DNA of 64,000 bases, from NCBI GenBank assembly GCA_903851045.1, contig CAINNF010000018.1:3925-67924 (forward strand), written 5' to 3'. The translations under genes were made by a program, and so were the position numbers. Numbering within the stretch: position 1 is the stretch's first letter; the number at the start of each line of letters is the position of its first letter. This DNA is from Candidatus Adlerbacteria bacterium. Lineage in GTDB: Bacteria; Patescibacteriota; Minisyncoccia; Phycocordibacterales; SBAW01. Shown here one piece after another: positions 59,256-64,000 of the stretch. The notes below the pieces were generated by a model. That model was not told where the DNA came from. It did no database searches and was given only the letters and a program-made list of their open reading frames with translations.

Positions 59256-60188
59256 ATGAGTTACGATCTAGCGATTATTGGCGGCGGGCCGGCGGGTGTT
59301 GCTGCGGGAGTGTATGCTGCTCGCAAGCGTCTGAAAACAGTGTTTATCGCCGAGGCCATTGGCGGTCAAAGCATCGACTCGACTGGGATAGAGAACTGGA
59401 TCGGCACCGAGAAGATCTCGGGACTGGACTTGGCTAAGTCGCTCGAGCGACACCTGCGCGCCTACGCGGGCGACATTGTCGATCTGCGGATTGGCGAACG
59501 TGCGAATACGGTCACTAAGGCGAGCCAAGGATTCGCGGTCACGACGACCAAAGGCTCGTATGACGCCAAGACGGTGCTCGTCGTGACCGGAGGCTCGCGC
59601 CGCAAGCTCACCATCCCCGGCGCGGCAGAGTTCGAGAACAAGGGTGTCACCTACTGCGCATCGTGCGACGGCCCGCTCTTCGCGGGCCAGGATGTCGTCG
59701 TCGTCGGTAGCGGTAACGCGGGCTTTGAGAGCGCCGCCCAACTTCTCGCCTATACCAAGTCGGTCACGCTTCTCAACCGGAGTGCCGATTTCAAAAAAGC
59801 GGACGCATCGACCGTGAGCGCGGTTCTTGCACATCCGAACATGACCGCACTTTCGAACACGATACCTGTCGAGATCAAAGGAAACGGCTTTGTGAGCAGC
59901 GTTGTCATCCAAAATTCTGTCACGAACGAGACGAAAGAGATCCCCGCCGCGGGCGTCTTTGTGGAAATCGGCATGGTGCCCGCAACCGACTTTGTCAAAG
60001 ACCTTGTAGAGCGCGACCCGTGGGGCAAGGTTAAGGTAGATGGCAAGAGCCAGCGCACCTCACAGCCGGGCATCTGGTCTGCCGGAGACTGCTCCGACGC
60101 GCTGTATCATCAAAACAACATCGCCGCAGGCGACGCCGTCAAGGCGCTTGAGGACATCTATTTGTATATAAAATCGCTCCCTGCCTAG
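59256..60188 (+). CDS. trxB: thioredoxin-disulfide reductase
   Basis: IIGGGPAGVAAGVYAAR FAD motif; redox CASCDG; VVVVGSGNAGFESA NADPH motif. Confidence 0.85.
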   Translation: MSYDLAIIGGGPAGVAAGVYAARKRLKTVFIAEAIGGQSIDSTGIENWIGTEKISGLDLAKSLERHLRAYAGDIVDLRIGERANTVTKASQGFAVTTTKGSYDAKTVLVVTGGSRRKLTIPGAAEFENKGVTYCASCDGPLFAGQDVVVVGSGNAGFESAAQLLAYTKSVTLLNRSADFKKADASTVSAVLAHPNMTALSNTIPVEIKGNGFVSSVVIQNSVTNETKEIPAAGVFVEIGMVPATDFVKDLVERDPWGKVKVDGKSQRTSQPGIWSAGDCSDALYHQNNIAAGDAVKALEDIYLYIKSLPA

Positions 60189-60493
60189 CAGGACGGCGTC
60201 CCAGGGAAGATCCCCGGAATGATCTGACTAATAGTGTTCACGATAGTGACACCAAGGAGCCACGAGCTCATGAACAGCACGACACCTATCACCACCTTCC
60301 ACAAGTTTTCGCGCGCTCGCGCGATCCCTTCACTGTTACCACGCGCTTTTACCAACAAAAAACCAGCAATAATAAGCCAGAGGGCAGCTATGGGCGTGCC
60401 AATAAGATACACCCCACCAATAAACCCTTTTATCATACAGAAAATACCCGTCTGGGTAAGCGGATCATGCAGAGTGAAACTCACGCCATTCAC
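60185..60493 (-). CDS. TrbC/VirB2-like 'T4SS pilin'-family small membrane protein (5th copy)
   Basis: Aligns with 16451..16843 across ARGN..GIARA.ENL..V.G..LFM..W.LG..I.NTI. Confidence 0.6.
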   Translation of the reverse strand: MNGVSFTLHDPLTQTGIFCMIKGFIGGVYLIGTPIAALWLIIAGFLLVKARGNSEGIARARENLWKVVIGVVLFMSSWLLGVTIVNTISQIIPGIFPGTPSC

Positions 60494-60522
60494 TCGTCCA
60501 GTATACTATATAAGAATTCCGG

Positions 60523-60594
60523 TGACCTCACGGGGAATCGAACCCCGATTTACGCCGTGAAAGGGCGCTGTCCTAACCGTTAGACGATGAGGCC
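60523..60594 (-). tRNA. tRNA-Glu (TTC)
   Basis: Reverse complement GGCCTCA..., anticodon loop CTTTCAC, T-arm CGGGG-TTCGATT-CCCCG, acceptor TGAGGTC. Confidence 0.8.
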
Positions 60595-60703
60595 GTTAGG
60601 TGCCACTATAGCCTACTCGGCGAAAAAATGCTATTGTAGCGCGTGTTCGATGGGTATAGTATGAAAATGCTATTGGTGTGTAACAACTGGTGTGTAGCAA
60701 CCT

Positions 60704-60790
60704 GGAGAGGTGGCTGAGTGGTCGAAGGCACCGCACTCGAAATGCGGCGTAGGGGTAACCTTACCGAGAGTTCGAATCTCTCCCTCTCCG
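60704..60790 (+). tRNA. tRNA-Ser (CGA), type II, CCA encoded (to 60793)
   Basis: Acceptor GGAGAGG/CCTCTCC, anticodon loop CTCGAAA, long variable arm, T-arm GAGAG-TTCGAAT-CTCTC. Confidence 0.8.
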
Positions 60791-60947
60791 CCAAAATTGA
60801 AAATCGGAATTGGAAGCCGAAATGGGGCCGCGCCGCAGGCGCGACACAAACGCATTACCGCCAGAAATTCGCGAATCCAAAAGGTCTTTCCACGCTCCGC
60901 GTAGCTCAAAAAGTACGGTTCGGGAGTTGGAGGATCAAAAATAAATC

Positions 60948-62342
60948 ATGAACGAAGGAAATTTGAACTATTTTGGACCTCGGATTTCAACTCCTAAACC
61001 GAGAACTTTTGAATTGACTGGTAAAAAAGAGCGAGAAGGCCTGACGCCAGAAGAAGAAGGCGAGCTACGAGGTTTATTTGCCCACCCCGATAATCCAGAA
61101 GCTGCGAGCCTATTGCAAAAAGAATACCTCGCATCGCAAGGAATAGGGCAAATGAGTGATGAGGAACGAGAACGCCTGCGCATTATACGAATGGAAAAAT
61201 ATCGTCGAGAACGTAGAGTAGAACCATCTGAAAATGCACCATCTAAATTAGATGAGAAAAAGCAGGCCGAGGCGAGTGCCGCAGAACTGCACATGCTTTA
61301 TATACAAGCAAAAATTGCCGCACTTAAAGGACACTGGGACGGTCTGCCAAAAGAGGTTATAGATCGAATGATTCAAGCTATTCCTGACGATGTAACCGTT
61401 TATACAAAAGAGACCTTACACTCAATGCCAAAGGATGAGCCGTCCGAAATTGAACTATATTTTTTAAGCAAAATTCAAAATCTTCCCGATTTTAGAAAAG
61501 ATGATAAACCGGAAGGGGCATTGCGTATAATGGAGAGCATTCGTTGTTTACGAGATAAAATAAGAACCAAAAAATTTTTAGCTGGACTTACCGAGGCACT
61601 TAATAATATTGGTTCATCCGAAAAATCCGAAATAGAGATGTGCGATGCTGGTACGGGTGCAATACCAATTTTAGCGATTTATGCGGCACTTTCTTCTGAA
61701 AAGGTTCGATGTACTGCGATTGAGCTCAACCCAAATTCTGCTGCGATTGCAGAAAAAGTTGTAGAAGCTTTCGGATTGCAAGACCGCATTAAAATCTTAC
61801 GAACTGATGCAATAAAATTCGAGCCAGAAAAACAGATTGATTTATTAATTTCCGAAACCATGCATTCTGGCCTAACCGCGGAACCTATGGTGCAGATTCT
61901 CTCAAATCTAAATAAATACTTAAAAGAGGACGGGGTCGCATTACCGAGTGCAGTAAGAATAAAAGCCGCGCTTGTGCCTCTCAATGATTGGACAAGCCCA
62001 AAAGGGTTTGTGAAAATTTATGGCAATTTACATCATGTCGTGTCACCGAACTGGGAAGAGGTCGTACATTATGAACCTGGAGACAATTTGGAAGAAATTG
62101 CATTTAACGTACCGGTCGAAGGTGCACCGAAGGGAAGTTATTTTGTCCTTGTGACAAGTGAGGTGGATATTGGTTCACAACGGATTAACTCCTACCAGTC
62201 GCTTATTACAATGCCTCAGTTTTTGCGAGACGCTAAATCTGATCCAATGATCTTTGATATTAAAGATAGCGATAGTCGTCATTCTATCAGTGTTACATAT
62301 AAGCCAGGAGAAATGTTGGATGGGGTAAGCAGACTTGATTAG
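60948..62342 (+). CDS. class I SAM-dependent methyltransferase-domain protein (464 aa) in a lower-GC island
   Basis: Motif I MCDAGTGAIPILAIYAA; post-I acidic ELNPNS; Glu/Lys-rich N-terminal extension. Confidence 0.5.
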   Translation: MNEGNLNYFGPRISTPKPRTFELTGKKEREGLTPEEEGELRGLFAHPDNPEAASLLQKEYLASQGIGQMSDEERERLRIIRMEKYRRERRVEPSENAPSKLDEKKQAEASAAELHMLYIQAKIAALKGHWDGLPKEVIDRMIQAIPDDVTVYTKETLHSMPKDEPSEIELYFLSKIQNLPDFRKDDKPEGALRIMESIRCLRDKIRTKKFLAGLTEALNNIGSSEKSEIEMCDAGTGAIPILAIYAALSSEKVRCTAIELNPNSAAIAEKVVEAFGLQDRIKILRTDAIKFEPEKQIDLLISETMHSGLTAEPMVQILSNLNKYLKEDGVALPSAVRIKAALVPLNDWTSPKGFVKIYGNLHHVVSPNWEEVVHYEPGDNLEEIAFNVPVEGAPKGSYFVLVTSEVDIGSQRINSYQSLITMPQFLRDAKSDPMIFDIKDSDSRHSISVTYKPGEMLDGVSRLD

Positions 62343-62403
62343 AATTTTGTGAGATCTGCTAGTTTGGTGCCGACGAATTTCCGACAATCCCCAGTCCGAA
62401 ACT

Positions 62404-62500
62404 CGTCCGCATTCCTCCCCAGACCCCTCCTGCGGGCGGGAAATCAGCCGAGGCAGGGCGAATCCATTCCCCCAGACACATTGTTTCGCCCTGCCGAGTC
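62404..62500 (+). repeat. conserved structured element copy L2 (pair of 8812..8918)
   Basis: CATTCCTCCCCAGACCCCTCCTGCGGGCGGGAAATCAG + stem GGCAGGGCG/CGCCCTGCC around loop AATCCATTCCCCCAGACACATTGTTT. Confidence 0.5.
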
Positions 62501-62632
62501 CGCTTTAATCGTTTGGATTTTGCTCGAAATAGTTTCAAACTTTGTTTAACAAACACTGCAGAATGTGCTTATAAACAGTTCGGCGTTATGCGACCATGTA
62601 CGTCAAACGGTGCGTGGTATGCTTGTAGGTAT

Positions 62633-63268
62633 ATGGACACCAAGAGTACCGGCGTCAGCATGGTGCTTATCGCAGTTGCTGCGACGGTTTTGGGTGTTGC
62701 GGTATATCCATCCCTACCTGCGGAAGTCGCGGCACACTGGGGAACGATGGGAGAGGTGGATGGGTACCTTCCAAAGGCGTGGGGCATATTCATGTTCCCA
62801 TACATCATGCTGTTCACGTTCTTGGTGTGGTGGGTCATTCCCTACGTGGAGCCGATGAAAAAGAATCTTGAGGCTTTCCGCGAGGCTTACAATGGCTTCT
62901 GGCTCGTGATAGCGGTCTTTCTTTTTTACGTGTATGTACTGGTGATTGGCACGAACGTCGGGTGGGAGTTCAATTTCGTGCAAGCGCTCGCCCCTGGCCT
63001 CGCCCTCTTTCTTGCGGGAGCAGGTGTCTTGCTCGCAGAAAGTAAGCGGAACTACTTCGTTGGCATCCGTACCCCTTGGACCCTCTCGAGCGACAAGGTG
63101 TGGAAACGCACGCACTTGCTCGGGTCGAAGCTGTTCTATCTGTGCGCGGTGTGGACCTTTCTGGGCGTCGTGTTCCCTCAATACTTGATGTGGCTTTTGT
63201 TCGTACCGCTGACGATCACGGTACTGATCACGACCGGCTATTCGTATATTGAATTCAGACGTCAATAG
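62633..63268 (+). CDS. SdpI/YhfL-family membrane protein
   Basis: Start at MDTKSTGVSM; multiple TM helices and GIRTPWTLSSDKVWKRTH signature. Confidence 0.55.
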   Translation: MDTKSTGVSMVLIAVAATVLGVAVYPSLPAEVAAHWGTMGEVDGYLPKAWGIFMFPYIMLFTFLVWWVIPYVEPMKKNLEAFREAYNGFWLVIAVFLFYVYVLVIGTNVGWEFNFVQALAPGLALFLAGAGVLLAESKRNYFVGIRTPWTLSSDKVWKRTHLLGSKLFYLCAVWTFLGVVFPQYLMWLLFVPLTITVLITTGYSYIEFRRQ

Positions 63269-63313
63269 GTGTACAGTAGCTGGGCAATGACGGTGCGCGG
63301 GTGACGACACAAT

Positions 63314-63386
63314 GCGCGGTTAGCTCAGTTGGTAGAGCATCCCCTTGACGTGGGGAGGGCCAGGGGTTCGAGTCCCTTACCGCGCA
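63314..63386 (+). tRNA. tRNA-Val (GAC)
   Basis: Acceptor GCGCGGT/ACCGCGC, D-arm GCTC-AGTTGGTA-GAGC, anticodon stem TCCCC/GGGGA, loop TTGACGT. Confidence 0.8.
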
Positions 63387-63387
63387 C

Positions 63388-64000
63388 ATGAGGGTTCTAG
63401 CGATCGAAACCAGCTGCGACGAGACTGGCGTCTCTATACTTGAGGGCACCCAAACGGGCGAGGCGATGCGTTTTACGGTGCTCGGCACCGCACTCCTCTC
63501 TCAAGCAGCCCTCCACGCGCCCTACGGCGGTGTATACCCCAATCTCGCCAAGCGCGAACATGAGAAGAATCTCCCGGTCATTTTGGAGCAAGCAACAAGA
63601 GCGGCTGGAGAAGCTTGCACGGGGTCCATCGAAACCACCTCAGAAAAAAAGTCCTCGGGTCTCCCGTCCAGGCCGGATGCCGGCCAGGCGGGCCAGACTA
63701 TTTTTTCTGAGGTGGTTTCGACGTTCCAGCGATTATCGATCGACGCGATAGCGGTCACGAGCGGCCCAGGACTCGAACCGGCACTTTGGACCGGGATCAC
63801 CTTCGCGAAGCGACTCGCTAAAGAGACCGGACTGCCGCTGATGGGTGTCAATCATATGGAAGGACATCTTATCTCCTCCCTCGCCCGTCAAAGCCTCGGC
63901 AACGACGGGACTCATTCTCACATTCTTGAGAATGGTGGAGTGACAAGATGTGAGATTCGTGATGTGCGGTTTCCCGTCCTTGGACTTCTGATCTCGGGTG
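63388..64000 (+). CDS. tsaD: tRNA N6-adenosine threonylcarbamoyltransferase TsaD (Kae1/Gcp), 3'-truncated at window edge
   Basis: MRVLAIETSCDETGVSI..., AVTSGPGLEPALWTGITFAKRLA...GVNHMEGH; manual translation, no stop inside the window. Confidence 0.85.
   Translation, partial: MRVLAIETSCDETGVSILEGTQTGEAMRFTVLGTALLSQAALHAPYGGVYPNLAKREHEKNLPVILEQATRAAGEACTGSIETTSEKKSSGLPSRPDAGQAGQTIFSEVVSTFQRLSIDAIAVTSGPGLEPALWTGITFAKRLAKETGLPLMGVNHMEGHLISSLARQSLGNDGTHSHILENGGVTRCEIRDVRFPVLGLLISG

Noticed and set aside
1-64000. rRNA genes or CRISPR arrays anywhere in the window
   Set aside because: No 16S/23S/5S signature strings and no regularly spaced short direct repeats were seen.

Overview
This 64 kb window is a compact, mostly coding, high-GC (~60%) bacterial segment interrupted by several low-GC islands. 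Gene content (short G-domain-first IF-2, short S1, tandem small 'T4SS-pilin'-family genes, LemA/DUF2207 pair, several tRNAs with encoded CCA) suggests a Patescibacteria/CPR-like organism, but the high GC is unusual for that group and the assignment is inference. Housekeeping genes, all read directly from the translations, are: a 3'-truncated Clp-family AAA+ ATPase (minus strand, window start), cysteine desulfurase, infB-rbfA, htpX, LemA+DUF2207, gyrA, an MBL-fold hydrolase, rpsA, pth, lepB, a HisRS-like paralog, bS21, ybeY-ftsA-ftsZ, trxB, and a 5'-partial tsaD at the window end. Nine tRNAs were identified by hand-folding (Cys-GCA, Leu-TAA, Lys-CTT, Leu-TAG, Ser-GGA, Glu-TTC, Ser-CGA, Val-GAC, plus Leu/Ser type-II long arms). 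Accessory content includes (i) a strongly AT-rich island (5.75-8.8 kb) next to tRNA-Leu; (ii) four tandem paralogous small membrane proteins of the TrbC/VirB2-like 'T4SS pilin' type (15.3-16.8 kb) with a fifth copy at 60.2 kb; (iii) a ~13 kb lower-GC region (19.6-33 kb) carrying a ParB-nuclease/DNA-methyltransferase fusion, an HTH protein, large secreted Ig-repeat/peptidoglycan-binding proteins, an ECF sigma/anti-sigma pair, a large serine recombinase and a DUF4238 protein abutting tRNA-Ser; (iv) a cassette-like array (41.1-44.9 kb) of short unrelated ORFs, each bracketed by a conserved junction (GC hairpin + T-tract followed by the 23-bp palindrome TGTACAAGG-N5-CCTTGTACA), with an embedded tRNA 3'-half-like fragment; (v) a ~100-nt element present twice (8.8 kb and 62.4 kb), each at the far border of a tRNA-adjacent low-GC island, with a conserved loop and fully compensatory stem changes; (vi) two palindromic mini-elements with a conserved 51-nt core and co-varying 27-bp arms flanking pth; (vii) two ORF-poor stretches (35.6-36.4 kb; 49.5-51.8 kb) ending in intrinsic terminators that probably encode ncRNAs or very small proteins I could not assign by eye. 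No CRISPR array and no rRNA were seen.
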